Shown: one piece after another, positions 10,834 through 24,189 of the stretch | Numbering within the stretch: position 1 is the stretch's first letter | How the letters are laid out: each line of letters starts with the position of its first letter | Source: Macrostomum hystrix | Lineage: Eukaryota > Animalia > Platyhelminthes | Direction: 5' to 3' | Length of the DNA stretch: 64,000 nt | Assembly (NCBI GenBank): GCA_950097015.1 | Contig: CATNEN010000033.1 | Coordinates: forward strand, 1 to 64,000 | Program-made: the position numbers and the translations under genes | The notes under the pieces: model-generated | What the model saw: only the letters and a program-made list of their open reading frames with translations | The model's database searches: none | What the model was told of the DNA's origin: nothing

Positions 10834-13800
10834 GACCTACGAGTATAGATAACTGTAAAGAAGCTCTAAGATTTTTGCTCCATCATAGACTATCCTTTTT
10901 CCTGCCTGCCCAACTGCACCGGCCGAAACCTTCCTTGCCATACATTAAATGCCCAGTGCCTCGTCATTCATTGTCCGCTACTATCGTGGGCTCCGCTCAT
11001 TGTGAAGTGGCGTGCCGGGCTTCCTTCCAAGACTGGCCCCGCCCCATGTCTGTGTTGGCTTCTAATTCTCTTGCTATATTTCTTTTACTGAGCCAAGAGA
11101 GGCAGCCTGATTCCGCTGACTGTTGATGAACTGCGCATTAACACAGATACGGACTTTTTTGCCCCCGAATCAATGCGTTTTGTCGCACAACCAGAGGCAG
11201 AAAATATAGAGACGCGTGAGAGAAATGCCAAAATCTGCACACGCACACACAAACACTGGGTGCAGATGTTGCTTGTAGGAAATAGGGCAGACAGTCTCTT
11301 GGACAGGATTTTCTGTGAGTCCAAAATTGTGAGGCTTTTTTCTCTCGATTCTCTTCACCGCAAGGGGTTAATTCATGAAGACTCTTTTGCGTCTTTCTTC
11401 TTTTTGTCTGGCGAAACCGTGGGAAAGGCAGATGGACAGTTTTAAGCGTGCCTTGACTAAATGCTGGAGTTTTTTAAGAAAATCAATGCTAGATTATTTC
11501 CCTCTTGTCTCTCTTCTGTCAGTTTCCCTTTCACGCCTGCTGCGACCTGCTTCGCCCCTGAGCTTATCTAAGCCCACTTGGATGGCCTCTCCATGGTTCT
11601 CTGTTCGGCAGCAAACAGCAAAAAAATTAGTTTTTTAAAGACGCCAACAGAGATAGCTCCCTTCACAGAGCCAGGGTTGTGGACCAATTACTGTGTCCGA
11701 AATGCGGGACAAGTGGCCTTCTTAACCCGGCTCCCACTTGCGCTCTGCCGCTCTTCCCCGTCCCGGCCGATGCGTGGACAGGCGGGAGGTCTGGCTTGCT
11801 CCTGAGCTTCACATGGACGGGTTGAGGGAAATCCGTTGCGAAGCTTGATCCCTGGCTGATCGCCTGCTGCTGCATCTAGCTACTCTTATATCATACACAC
11901 AGTCTACAGCCACAAGGAGAGAACTAGAAAGGTCTCTGATTCGCATCCAACCACCCTCCTAGTGGCACGACGAATTTTTCTATATAAGAAGCGGTTTCCG
12001 CTTTCTGTGCCGCCCCACCTAGCCGCGGCCTCTCTGAGACCTCTCCATCACAGCCTGACCCGCCCTGTTCCTGTCCCGCAGCAAAAACCACCTCCATCCA
12101 AGCCCCCACCTACTCCTCGTACCCTCGTATCCTTTGGCTCCTCTGGGTCGCTCCATAGCCCTCCAACTACAGCTGTGCCTTTACCTTGCCTTCCACTTCT
12201 GCCTCTCTGACCACCCTGCACAGCACAATGACAGATGCGACGGCATTTATTGCCACTCGTTCCTCCCTCATCTCTCTCAATGCTCACTGGGCCCACTGAG
12301 AAAGGCCAGATTGTGTTCGCAGATTGCTGCTTCGTTATTTTGGGAATCTGTTTTCTCTCTAAAAACCAATCCCCACCCCCACTGTTCTCGACACATCCGG
12401 CCGGTACAGAAGAGCAGATTTAGAAAATCTCTGAAACCAATCGGAAACTGTGAAATCAATTTGAACTGAAGTACGAGCTCGTACTATCGTATAGCCATAT
12501 TATCGTTAACACTATGATTTAACAGTGTTAACACTCGCAAAATTATCGCAAAATTAAGTTTTGTTTAATTCACACTTCAAGTTATAATTAAATTCGATAT
12601 TGAAATGTAGAGTAAAAACTAGCTTGACTACATAGTGTTTGCCTTTGTTGATTGCAAAATTATATATTTGATTTTGTTATTGTTTTAGCAGTTTAAAACG
12701 TACTGCGAATGGCGTCTAGATTACTAAACACCTGAACTGAAAGCATAGATTAACAAACGATACCAAAGCTTAGTATTTGTTCGACTAATTCTACGAGGCA
12801 GACTTTGTGCCTACAAAACAGGATTGGTCCAGTTTTCTCTTGAGCATCAATATATGACCTGTATGTAGTTTTCCGCTCTGATGGATAGGTAGTCTAGAAT
12901 CTTGCCTGTGCTCAATACGGTTGAAGTTGCTTGAGCCAATGGGCACTGAGATAAAAAAACTTTGGACGATGATAGTCACGTATTTCGTAGCCGATTTTTC
13001 TAAGAATCTTTCTGCTCTATATTTAACGATTAAAATTATTCGAAATAGGTGCTCTGGCACTATATGACATCTGAAGGTTTTCTGAACAGCCAATAGCTTA
13101 AACTATAGTTTTTATATAAAATAGTGGCTTTGGTTACCCCTTTACTTATCTTATTTTTAAGACTTGCACTTTTACGATCCTTCAATTAAGCTAGTAGAGC
13201 CGATGAGCTCGGCTTAAGCCACAGCTGTGCAGAAGCAGGCAATTAATTAAATTGAGTGATGCATAGAATCAAAACTTAGGGTCGCTGCTGGTCTCTGTGG
13301 CCGTGATTTTAATTTTCGCTTTCGCTTTATGAATCGTAGTAACTAAATAACTGGCTTATGCTTAACTACTGACTTGATTGGTCAGCTAAATTATAGGCCT
13401 AGTTGTGAGCTAGACTCCGTAGCCTAAACACTATCAAGTTGGAATAGGCTTTTTACCTTTAGATTGTTCTATATTCTATAGAATTTTTTTTTCTAAACCC
13501 TATCGACAGAGTAACCCAGGCTAGGCCTCGGATTGATGCATAAGTAATGGTTTAGGTGAATTAATTTGCAACAGTAGCCTCAATGCCCACGGTTCATATA
13601 GGAACAATAGACTAGGTCCACAAGCTTGTATCAACTATTCCGTGTTGTCGGCCTTTGGCCCAGATGTCGCTTCGCTGAGCATCGCTGTATCGCCCATAAC
13701 AGTCTAATTTGGAATGGAAAAGCCAATGATTGCGGATTGACTGTCTGGCCCGCTACCAATCTTGCTTGCAGTCAACTCATAAATCACTATTCCTATCTCT

Positions 13801-16800
13801 GATGTACTCACATTGGCCAGCATTGAATAAATATTTCAGTAGCCTTCAGTTATAGCTTTCAACTATAGTTAGCGTAGGCAGCAGATTGCACACCTATTTG
13901 GCTGATTAACTAATCCCTGGCTAGTGACTCCACTCTTCCAGAGGCTTAATCTCACATTCCCGTTGATTCTCATTGCTGATAGATTGCTATAAAGCATTTT
14001 ATTTCTGTTTTCTTACTGAGGCCGCCACGAGAAACTAGACATTGTTAGATGCTGTAGGTAGGTCATTTTAGCTGGTTAATGCCCCTTTGTAGTAAAAAGT
14101 ACTTTCAAAACTCTTCATGTGAGCTCAACAACTACAAGCCAATCGTGTATTGTATGTAAAATGATTTTGGCAAGGTTTTGACTTTTAACAATCTTTCACA
14201 ACAGATACTTCTGAAAAACCAAAAGTACTGTATAGGCCTAGGGCTTTAGACCAGAGCGGCTTGCGTGTATAATTTTTTTAATTCTTTGTTTTAGTAAGCA
14301 TAGATTCAGTGTAAATACAAGCGTGGTACCGGTTGTCAGACTACGTCCTCTCCGTTGCTTTTTTTAAGTCTGTTTTGGTTTCTGTTTCCTCACCACACAG
14401 CCTTAATCATATTTATACGTTATATATATTACAATTAACGGAGTACACGAGTAATGCAAAAATCGATGATCCTGGTCTTCCTTCGTGTCTGTCTTCCTAG
14501 CTACTCCTCTCTCCCTTGCTTCCATCCTTGTTTTCGGAAGCTGCGCAAACTTACCCAAACCAGTCCCGACTGTAGCGCTTCGCTCGCTCGCTTCCTCCCA
14601 TTGAGCTTGCGCATGACTATTTGATGTTAATTCATCGATGTTTGTGTTGCCGTCCTTTTTTTTATCTTCTCTGTTCGCGCATGCCGGAAAGCACGAAAGT
14701 CAATCAAATCTTGCCGGCCTCCCTTCCCCCCACAATCTCCAGGCTCTGTCTTGCCAAAACTGAAACTGCAAAGCCAGGAACGAGACGGTGGGAGAATTCA
14801 CGGGTGACGGACGGGTGAGGGAAACGGGTCCGCGGGATTAGGAAATTGAGTTTCTACTGTTCACAAACTCGGCCTGCCTCCGCCTCCTTTCCCTTTCCAG
14901 GCCCATGATAATGCAGCATTCACGCGCACATGCGTACGCAAACAAACCCCTGGTTTTCACTTTCTCTTTTTTCTGTGGGCTCGAAGCTGTGGGTCTCCTA
15001 GTCTTTTTTCTCGCCTATCCCTTCCGCTCCACTCATTTTCCAGGCGACTGAGCAAATAAGACTTCTAAACGGTCACTGAGTCTTTCTTTTATCCCTATAT
15101 AATATCCCTCTTCTACGCGCCACTCTCGATGTCCGCTTCCTCCGGCATATTCGCAGACAGGCATCCAAGAAAGATGATGAAGTCTTGCGGATTAGACGGA
15201 AAGCTTGAGGATTTGAAGCTGAAATATGAGAGTTATTATGACCTCCTGGTTCAGTTTCAGGATTTTGCCGTCTTATTTGACCCGTATTGATTGATATTAG
15301 GGCTGCAGTGAGTTGTGCATTGATTAAAGGGCTTTCGTGAGCGTGTGTTGCTCCTAGTTCTACTGGCTCTCTTTGGGATAAATTTATCGAAAGCAGACGT
15401 ACTTATTTGCTGATGTTTTTGCAGTAAAAGTTACTTATAAATCAACACAATCTAGCCAGTGGATTTACATCGCTGCCTTTTTGGCTCTCGGGTAATAGCA
15501 AAACCAAACTGAAGAACAGGAGATAAGACAAGAACGGCTATTGTCGTCTTCAGCTTTTCGTCGACAATAGCAAATATATCATTGATGCTTGTTGTAGTAG
15601 GAAGTACAGCGAGAAAAAATTGCAATGTGTCTGGCAGAACTTATGACTACATGCGCGCTAGCGAAGCGAAGCTGAGACCAGCTAGCCAGCCAACTTGAGC
15701 ACTTAATGTTGCGTGTTCTGTAAGTCTGTCAGGCAATCATGCGTTCTTGGACCACAGAATTGGGAATAGAGCTGCGGACGGTGCTTCGATTAGGCAGGAT
15801 TGCAAGCAAAGGCCGGGAATAGTATGGAAAATTGGGGTAGAAAAAAGCAAACTCGGCTCTTGCTGCTGCTGCTTAATTTGTGCGCACGGAGCGGTCTCGG
15901 TCTCTGTTGGCCCGCTGCCGCCGGCGAAAAAAGCTGAGCGAAAGACAGAATGAGAGGCTGAGGTTTTTGGCTGGCCTCTTGTTGGCTGATGGGGCTCGAG
16001 GCTACATACGGCCTGCTAAGGCGGGTTCCTCTCAGATGCCTGCAGCATCTTTCTCTGTCTGAGCGTTCTGTTCTTTCTGAGAATCGACCCGCATCACAGC
16101 GAGGGAAAAGGGAGTTGGCAAAGAAAAGGTTTGATGGCTTTCTTTTCCGTTCCCTCTGGACACACTGCCCTTCGGAACTTCCCTCCTCCCCCTGGCTGTT
16201 TGGTCCGGTCGGACAAAACGCATAGGCAGGTGGTGTGTGGACAAGAAATAATAATTCTCATCTGGACTTACCTGGAATTTTTTCTCTCCTCTTTCTCTAT
16301 TGCTCTCGCTCTGTAAACTATAAGAAAATTGACGGATGTCGGCAAGTTGAGTTGGTGCGCAAAATTGTGCTCATCGATCAAGGACTTTCTATCGCCTTTC
16401 TTCAACGCCTCATCAATATGGTGTTATAATTGTAGTATTAGTATGTTTTTTGATCTCTGATATGCCATTTTCGGGCAGTGTCTATTACTTCTGAAGTATC
16501 TGAATGCGCGAACACGATGATTTTTCCAGCCAAATACTCGAATTAACTATCTTCGCTCGCTTTTCGCCTACAGAAATAATGCCGGTTAGGGGGACAAAGA
16601 ATAAATCGAATCAACAATTGGCTACTTCTATATATATATATATACATATATATCGTGTGTGTGTGTGTGTGTGTGACAGGTACACCTGTCTAGATTAATT
16701 CGTATGGATGGTGTGAAGGCTGAAAATATTGTTATCCACCTTTGAGTATGGTAAGTCGCAGATACTTCCCAGTGTACTTTACACAAAAATACCACACAGA

Positions 16801-18302
16801 GGCAATATGTGCAATTCGGTAACACTTTTCACTCTTTGAACCCAAACGGTCCATCTATTTTTACGGCTGTGTCCGTCAAAGGAACAAAACGCAGCATTGG
16901 CATGACAGGATTAGTTAATAGATATGTTAGACATCCAGGGATCTTGTAGTTCAATTGTTTAAGCTTTGGAATTTTGACCGAGACTTTAAGGAGTTCGAAG
17001 CTCAGCCCAAGGAAAAGAATTATCTTTTTTGAGCGACACTTTTTACCTTTTGCTTCATTTTTGCCACCTGCAAAATTGGTTCTGACTGGGTCAAGACAGC
17101 AGATACAGTGCTGAGTTACTGCTATAGAGACTTCAGTGTTTCGCCGTATGGCTTTTATATGCGATGTATTTTAGGGTGTCCAAGCGGTGTACGAGTAGTG
17201 TTGCACTTTCACTGACGTCCAATGTTCGAAATCTGCTTGCAATGATTAGAAGTGTCTAATTATTAATCAGGCATGTGTGTGCCCCTTGCAATTTAAAACG
17301 AGCCCTTCAATTGACACGTTCTGTCAAATAATGAAGCCCTAACATAGCTTAGTTGCCTACACAGAAGTGAAAATTAAAGACAGTTTTAGTTTTCTTTCCC
17401 GCCCTTAAATCCGTCAGTCAGTCGCTAAATCGAAATTTTGTCTTTTAGATTGCGGCTCGAGTTACTTTAGGAAATTGACTAGCATAAGAAGCTTCCATCG
17501 ATGAGAACAGCTAGTGGGACTTAGGCGGGGGTCACTTGAGATCCTCAATTTCATTGGATTTCTCTGCGGACAGAAAGAGAATCTGCTCCAGTAGAAAAAA
17601 TTGAGAAAAGCTTTTCCTCCTTGTAATCTAGCAAATTTTTAGGCCAATCGATCATTGCCTACGTGGGATCAGTTTCAACTTAAGCGGATTAGTATTTACA
17701 CTGAGCTACATGCCGCTCATGTAAATCTTAGACTTGGTCTGCTCGTTCTGTCCTTTATTGGCTCAGAATGTGCGACTCATGCCATCCTGTCTATTTAAAA
17801 GTTTTTCTAATCAACTCAGCCTTCTGGGAGATAATCATAGACTTGAATTTTGTTTTAAATTTAATTATAAAAAATTATTATAGTTTCTAAATTTACCACT
17901 GAGTCTATCTATAATTTCTGCGTATTAGTCCTTTTTAAGTAATACTTTCTATTTATAAATATGAAATCCTTATAATAACAATACCTTTGATATAGATACA
18001 TACAATAAATCAAAAGGCCTCCAAAAGTCCAGATACACAATCATTCGATAATTATATAAATACGTAAAATAATTTACAGTCACATAAGCATACTGTCAGT
18101 TAGATTGTGAGACAGACACAAGCAGATAAGCATTCTGGCAGTTAGATAAGCATGTTGCCATGCTGATTAGCATCACACAGGTAGATTAGGTACGCAAAGG
18201 TAGACAAGTCAGGCCGCGCATATCGAGTCGTTGCTATCTGCAGCATGTTTAAATAAAGCTACTTAAAAAACGGTTTCAATACGAAACTGTTCACTATTGC
18301 AG

Positions 18303-19568
18303 CTGCTCCAAGCTGCCTTGGCGCTGTGGCAGCAGCCGTCGCTGCCGGATCGTCTAGCCAAGACCGGCCTGCTTGCAAGCCGTCTGGCCGCTGTGGCCGC
18401 AGCTCTACGGCTGCTGCAGCTGCTGATCGTTGAGCCACTGCCCGCGCTGCGGAGCCGCTTGGCCCCTACGCAGCTACTCAGTAACTGGAGGCGCCGCGCC
18501 TTCCGTGCCTTAGCCGGCCTCGCGCCGGTCTGTCGCACGCCGGAATCGGCCGGACGGCTGCGCCTCATGCCGGAGCTGCTGGAGCCGCAGCAGACGGTGA
18601 CAAACGACGCCGACGGAGAATACATTGACAGGGACGACGAAGAGCGACAGCGGCAGGTGGCGGTCATGTTTGACGAAGAGGGCCGCCTGTTTCCTGAGGA
18701 CGATGACGACGGCCTTGGCGCCTCGGTCCTCGGCGACGAGGCCGGCTGCTTCGGCTTCAGCTCATCTGCTGACGAAGCCGACGATGCGGAGGAGCTGGCT
18801 GAAGAGCCGGCCTGGCTGGAGCTGCAGGAGCCGAACCGCATGGTCCGCCTGCCTGATCCCTACCAGCTGTGCTATGGCCTGAGCCCCGGCCAGCAGCGCC
18901 AGCCGGTGCTGAACTACCACGGCGGCTTCTCCTTCGCTGTGGACGATGAAGGCGACGGACTGGTCGCGTTTCACTGCGACGCGTCCACGCCGGAGCCAAG
19001 AACTGCGTCTGCGGCGGCCGATCCGGCCGCGCTGGAAAAACTGCAGCGCCTTGAGAGCGAACTAGCCGCCCTCCGAGAGCAAGTAGCCCGCCTGGTGTCC
19101 GCTCAGGAAACCGCGGCCAAGCAGCCGCCTCCGCCGCCGCCTCCGCCTCCGACGCGTGCGCCGCCTCCGCCTGCGCCGCCGCCGCCACCGCCACCACCGC
19201 CTCCGACGCCATTGATTCTGCCACGGCGTGGTCGGGCGGCGGCCGACTCACCCTCCAGCCTGCAGCAGCCAGCAGCGTCAATGCCAATCGATATGGGCGC
19301 CCTTCTAGCTGATATCGGCAAAGTTAGACTGCGGCCAACCAGACTGAACAAGTCTCCAGGCGGCACGCCCCTGAAGCCGAAGTTCGGCGACCAGCCGGGA
19401 CAGCGGCAGCGCCAGCCGCCGCCGGCCAGCGATCCCGCAGCCATCATCGCCGCCGCGCTTCGACGCAAATTCAAAAACGTTGCCTCTCCGCCGCCACAGT
19501 CGGCGTCTTCGAGCGCGATGAAGCTCATTGAGTCAAATGACAAGGAAAATGGGGAGTCATTTGCTTGA
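18303..19568 (+). CDS. Mitochondrial fission regulator MTFR1/MTFR2 (FAM54)-like protein
   Basis: Ordered MTFR-family motifs: coiled coil ALEKLQRLESELAALREQVARLV, polyproline tract, MGALLADIGKVRLR..KSPGGTP, and DPAAIIAAALRRKF. The start is uncertain: acceptor ttgcag at 18297-18302, candidate micro-exon ATG 18160-18180 (phase 0), or ATG 18567. Confidence 0.8.
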   Translation: MLQAALALWQQPSLPDRLAKTGLLASRLAAVAAALRLLQLLIVEPLPALRSRLAPTQLLSNWRRRAFRALAGLAPVCRTPESAGRLRLMPELLEPQQTVTNDADGEYIDRDDEERQRQVAVMFDEEGRLFPEDDDDGLGASVLGDEAGCFGFSSSADEADDAEELAEEPAWLELQEPNRMVRLPDPYQLCYGLSPGQQRQPVLNYHGGFSFAVDDEGDGLVAFHCDASTPEPRTASAAADPAALEKLQRLESELAALREQVARLVSAQETAAKQPPPPPPPPPTRAPPPPAPPPPPPPPPPTPLILPRRGRAAADSPSSLQQPAASMPIDMGALLADIGKVRLRPTRLNKSPGGTPLKPKFGDQPGQRQRQPPPASDPAAIIAAALRRKFKNVASPPPQSASSSAMKLIESNDKENGESFA

Positions 19569-19664
19569 CGCATTTTCTCATTGATTTTTTAGCTTTTTTG
19601 GGCTTCTAATTTATTTCTGTTCAGTTTTCATTTTTGTCATTCTCATCTTCTCATCTGGTCGGTC

Positions 19665-20112
19665 ATTACCCTCGCTTCTCATCTGGTCGGTCATTACCCT
19701 CGCTTCTCATCTGGTCGGTCATTACCCTCTCTTCTCATCTGATCGGTCATTACCCTCTCTTCTCATCTGGTCGGTCATTACCCTCGCTTCTCATCTGATT
19801 GGTCATTACCCTCGCTTCTCGTCTGGTCAATCATTACCCTCGCTTCTCATCTGATTGGTCATTACCCTCTCTTCTCATCTGATCGGTCATTGCCCTCGCT
19901 TATTTGGTCATTAGCTTCTCCCCTGGTCGGTCATTACCCTCGCTTATTCGGTCATTAGCTTCTCCCCTGGTTGGTCATTACCCTCGCTTATTCGGTCATT
20001 AGCTTCTCCCCTGGTCGGTCATTACCCTCGCTTATTCGGTCATTAGCTTCTCCCCTGGTCGGTCATTACCCTCGCTTATTCGGTCATTAGCTTCTCCCCT
20101 GGTCGGTCATTA
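19665..20112. repeat. About 28-bp minisatellite (cttctcatctggtcggtcattaccctcg)
   Basis: Tandem copies; the unit lengthens in the second half. Confidence 0.95.
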
Positions 20113-20671
20113 ACCTTTCATTTTATTTAATCCTTCTGGTCTTCTATTCTCCTTGTTTGTCACATCTATAAACTTATTCGCATAGTCTGTGCCAATGTTA
20201 ACAATATACTTGTGTATGCTGTAAGTCATGGTAAACTACGTATTATTTACTTATTATGACGGTTTCAATAAACTAAGTGAACACATTTTTCACAGCTCTA
20301 CTTATTAAGTAGAGTGAAAGTATTTGTGTGTGTTGCCACTTTCCCATTCTCTGTGTCCCAGTGATGTTGTTTTCCTGCATTTTGGTTCTTCCTAATGTTC
20401 CTAAGTCAGTCAATGTCGCTGCAAAATGATTTTTTACTTTAAAGTGCCACAAACTGCTCAAATTTATTTTTTTATTTGTGTGACCCTTACTTTCTGCTTT
20501 TATTAAACTAACGTAATTCCTCATCTTCGGTTAGCTAACTTACATGCCGCTTTTTGTAATGCATTTTTAATTACCCTGCCGCAGTGTTTATTGCTACTTT
20601 TTATTGCGAGCTGAATGCGGGTTGCTTGCCTAAACCTTTTGCAGAGAATATAACAAAAAATATTGCCTCTC

Positions 20672-20880
20672 CACAGTCCTCTGATTGGCCGTTACCACTA
20701 ACCACTTCCCAGTCCTCTGATTGGCCATTTACCAATTATCTGATTAGCCGTTATCCGAACCCTAGTCCCCTGATTGGCGATCACCCTGAAGTCCCCTGAT
20801 TGGCAGTTACCCTGAAGTCCCCTGATTGGCAGTTACCCTGAAGTCGCCTGATTGGCTGTCACCTTGAAGTGACCTGATGA
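20672..20880. repeat. Degenerate repeat containing ctgattggc (reverse CCAAT box)
   Basis: Recurrent gtcc(c/t)ctgattggc units. Confidence 0.8.
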
Positions 20881-21439
20881 GCGGTTTCGCCCTCTCCAGT
20901 TCTCTAATAATTTAGAAAATACTATATAGTAATTTTCTATCTCAGCAGCAAAAGTGCTCCTTTTATTGAAACCTTAATATTCTGTGCAATTGACGCCATA
21001 ATAAAAAATCAGTTTGTGTGAGCTGACTAACCAAATCTTAAACTGCGCATTGCCTGTTCAACCCACATGGCTATGATAAGATGCGAATAACAACGAACAG
21101 AAAAACATGAAACATTACTAGCCGAGAATAAGTTTTGCCTTGTTTTTCCCTCCTTTCTTTTCATAATTCATTCCTAAAGATTCCGAAAGTTCTTTACTGG
21201 CTACTTAGTAGTAAGCTAGTAAATTAAATCATTTTTTGTTCGAGATAAGTGTCTCCGTTTTTGCAAACTCGAAGTGAGTCGCGTCACGAGCAATTTTGTA
21301 GTTTAAGGCCTCAAATTAAAAATCCTATAACCTCTAATGCAAATAATATTTTGCTGTTTTACAGTGCTATTGTTTAGGGATCAATATCTACTGGGTTGAA
21401 ACCTACTCATATTGCGAATCGTTCGCAACACCTTTTTGG

Positions 21440-21635
21440 GGTGAGATTTTGAGATTTCAACATTTTTAGCGTGAGATTTTGAGATCACAACACTTACGAG
21501 ATCTCTTTGAGAGGGAACACACGAGAACACTTTAAGATCTCTTGTATTGAAGTGAGATTTTGAGATCTCAAAATTTATTTGGGTGGGATGTTGAGATCTC
21601 AACATTTATTAAGGTTGGACGTTGAGATCTCAACA
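21440..21635. repeat. Degenerate GAGATCTC-core repeat
   Basis: Recurrent gagattttgagat / gagatctcaac. Confidence 0.7.
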
Positions 21636-21746
21636 CCCATTTATCGTAATTTTCTGAGGCACATTGTCGGCAGTTCTTACTTTTATTATCCGATCGTAAA
21701 TTTATTTTAATGTCCATGCACTTTGGCCATTGCAGCAGCAGCAGAG

Positions 21747-22475
21747 ATGTCCATCAGCGATGCTGATGCATCTAGTAAAAAGCCAAAGCTGGACGCCGAC
21801 GAGGCTCAACTGGATGGTCAGCCGCCGGGTTTGACGCTGGACGACGGTGCAGCCGCGGCCCGTAGACTCTTTCGTGGCAGCGGCAGTGGTGGCAGCGGCG
21901 GTCAGCGGTCGCGCCCAAACCCGGCGTCAAAATCGAAAGCGTCGACCGCGGCCGCCCGGCGGACCTCGAAGACGGCAGCAACGGGCGTAGGCGGAGGACG
22001 CGCACGAAGCGGCGGCGGAGGTGGCCAGCCTCGTCGTCGTCCGGCGCGCGGAGGTGCCGGCGGCGCGGCCGCAGCCGACTCGTCCCCGCTGCCTCCGGGC
22101 TCAGTTCGCATCTTCACCGACGACTTTCTGCGGCTGAACGCGCAGCGGGAGAAAACCGCCCGCCAGCTGCGTCGGTCGGTGATCGTGCGCGAGGAGGAGG
22201 CCCTGCTCCGGACGCGCCACACGGAGGACCTCGCCGACGCTGTTGCCGACCTGCTGGCGCGTCGCGACGCAGGCAATGCCGACGCTGAAGCGCTGACTGC
22301 AGCGCTGACAGACCTGCGGACTCGCCTTCTAGGCGCCTTCCCGGAGTTGTCTGCGGAGGCCACATCGGTGGTGGAGCAGGATCAGCAGCTGCTGGCCAGT
22401 GTCAAGCTTTTGACGGACAAGCTGGATCCCGACGCTGTCAGCCGCGTGCTGACGGAGTTCTCCAGTGCCAAGTAG
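21747..22475 (+). CDS. HMG20A/B (BRAF35)-like C-terminal coiled-coil protein, no HMG box visible
   Basis: IFTDDFLRLNAQREKTARQLRR...EEEALLRTRHTEDL resembles the HMG20 motif [22 protein letters not shown]...EEQNAVLQRH. It is preceded by a Gly/Arg/Ala-rich region. ATG at 21747 follows the acceptor ttgcag. Confidence 0.7.
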   Translation: MSISDADASSKKPKLDADEAQLDGQPPGLTLDDGAAAARRLFRGSGSGGSGGQRSRPNPASKSKASTAAARRTSKTAATGVGGGRARSGGGGGQPRRRPARGGAGGAAAADSSPLPPGSVRIFTDDFLRLNAQREKTARQLRRSVIVREEEALLRTRHTEDLADAVADLLARRDAGNADAEALTAALTDLRTRLLGAFPELSAEATSVVEQDQQLLASVKLLTDKLDPDAVSRVLTEFSSAK

Positions 22476-22699
22476 CTGACACTTAAATTGCCTGTTTGAC
22501 GAGAATTTTCCAGCACAATTACATGTACGAGTATAGGCTTTCATTCATTGCTGCTTGTAGATAAGTGAATGCTGTGCTCATTCGTTGCTATTGTAAATAA
22601 ACAGCTCATACTAGGTTCACTTTTCACTGTGACCGCTTGAACTCAAAACGAATTTTTTTAAATATGTGATTCGATTTTTTCATACTGACAATCAAACAA

Positions 22700-23180
22700 G
22701 TGAGATCTCAGCCTGTCAATCAGAGAGTTAATATCTCAGCCTTTCAGTCAAAGATATGAGATCTCAGCCTGTCAATCAGAGAGTTAATATCTCAGCCTGT
22801 CAGTCAAAGATATGAGATCTCAGCCTGTCAATCAAAGATTGAGATCTCAGCCTGTCAGTCAAAGATTGAGATCTCAGCCTGTCAGTCAAAGAGTGAGATC
22901 TCAGCCTGTCAATCAGAGAGTTAATATCTCAGCCTTTCAGTCAAAGATATGAGATCTCTGCCTGTCAATCAGAGATGAGATCTCAGCCTGTCAATCAGAG
23001 ATGAGATCTCAGCCTGTCAATCAAAGATTTGAGATCTCAGCCTGTCAATCAAAGATGTGGGATCTCAGCCTGTCAATCAAAGATGTGAGATCTCAGCCTG
23101 TCAGTCGAGGAGATGAGATCTCAGCCTGTCAGCCAAAGATGTGAGATCTCAGCCTGTCAGTCAACGATGTAAGATTTCAT
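22700..23180. repeat. About 25-bp minisatellite (gagatctcagcctgtcaatcaaaga)
   Basis: Tandem copies. Confidence 0.95.
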
Positions 23181-24189
23181 TCCATCAATTTGAAAGGTGA
23201 GATGTTTTCCCTGAATCTAAGAGCGACATCTTAGAATGTCAATCAATCAGCTGAGATCTGAAACTCGGAGATGAGATCTGTTTATCTCGTCAGTCAAAAA
23301 GAGAGGTTTTCCCGTCATTCAAAGTGTCAGCATCTGATTAGTGGCAGTGTACTAGCTTGTCTAATAGATTTATAACTCTACGCATTGTGATATCAAGGAA
23401 ATCTTTTCTTAAAAAAAACGCATTCGCACTACTAGCCCATTAAGTAGTGAGCAAAAGCGATTGCATAAGTAAGGCTCTATCGTGCCTCCGTAGCAACAGG
23501 TCTGCATGTAAGCCGACCTGAGCGCAACAGCTTCAAGTGATGGCGGCACTAGATCAGATGTAGATCAGATGGCGGCTAGCCTACTCACGGGCTGTTGAAC
23601 AAAGTCTACTGTTACCCAGCATCCCCTGTCTCATTGCAGCGGGGGTAGGCCCGGCTTGGTTGCAAAATTAACTCGCCGAAGAAAAAACTTCAGTCGAAAA
23701 AGAAGTCGAGGTCAATTAATTTGATGCAGATTGGATTTCCGTGCTTCGCTTTTTGTAAAAGAAGAAGCCCTGCTGTGGGTCTATTAGGGACGTTGGGGGA
23801 CGGGAGGAAACCGCCCGTCCTCTTCTTTCACGGCGAGCTTGGCTGGCGGGTCCTCCTGCATCAAGTTGCCAACTTCTCCCCTTCGCCTCCCTCCTGCCCC
23901 AGTTGTCCCCGCAGCCTCGCCGTGTTGGCGGTGAGTGCGGATTGCCCGGCCGAAATCAATCCATATTTTTGCTTCTCCATTTTGCCCGTATCTTTGAGTG
24001 CTCGCGAAATACGGTTATTCGATATGCGGGCCTACCCTGTGTTGTCTCCCCGATGGGCGGAGTCCCTCCAGCCTCCTCTTCATCTGCTGTCTCTACTTTC
24101 CTTTCCCTACTGCGGCGGTCTCAATTTTCCAATCTATCAAAATCATTTTGTGACCATTTCAGTGTGCCACAGCTTCGAGTGCCGCATCG

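Noticed and set aside
12791-13093. 100-aa minus-strand ORF with a possible internal exon
   Set aside because: No recognisable homology, and no partner exons could be linked.
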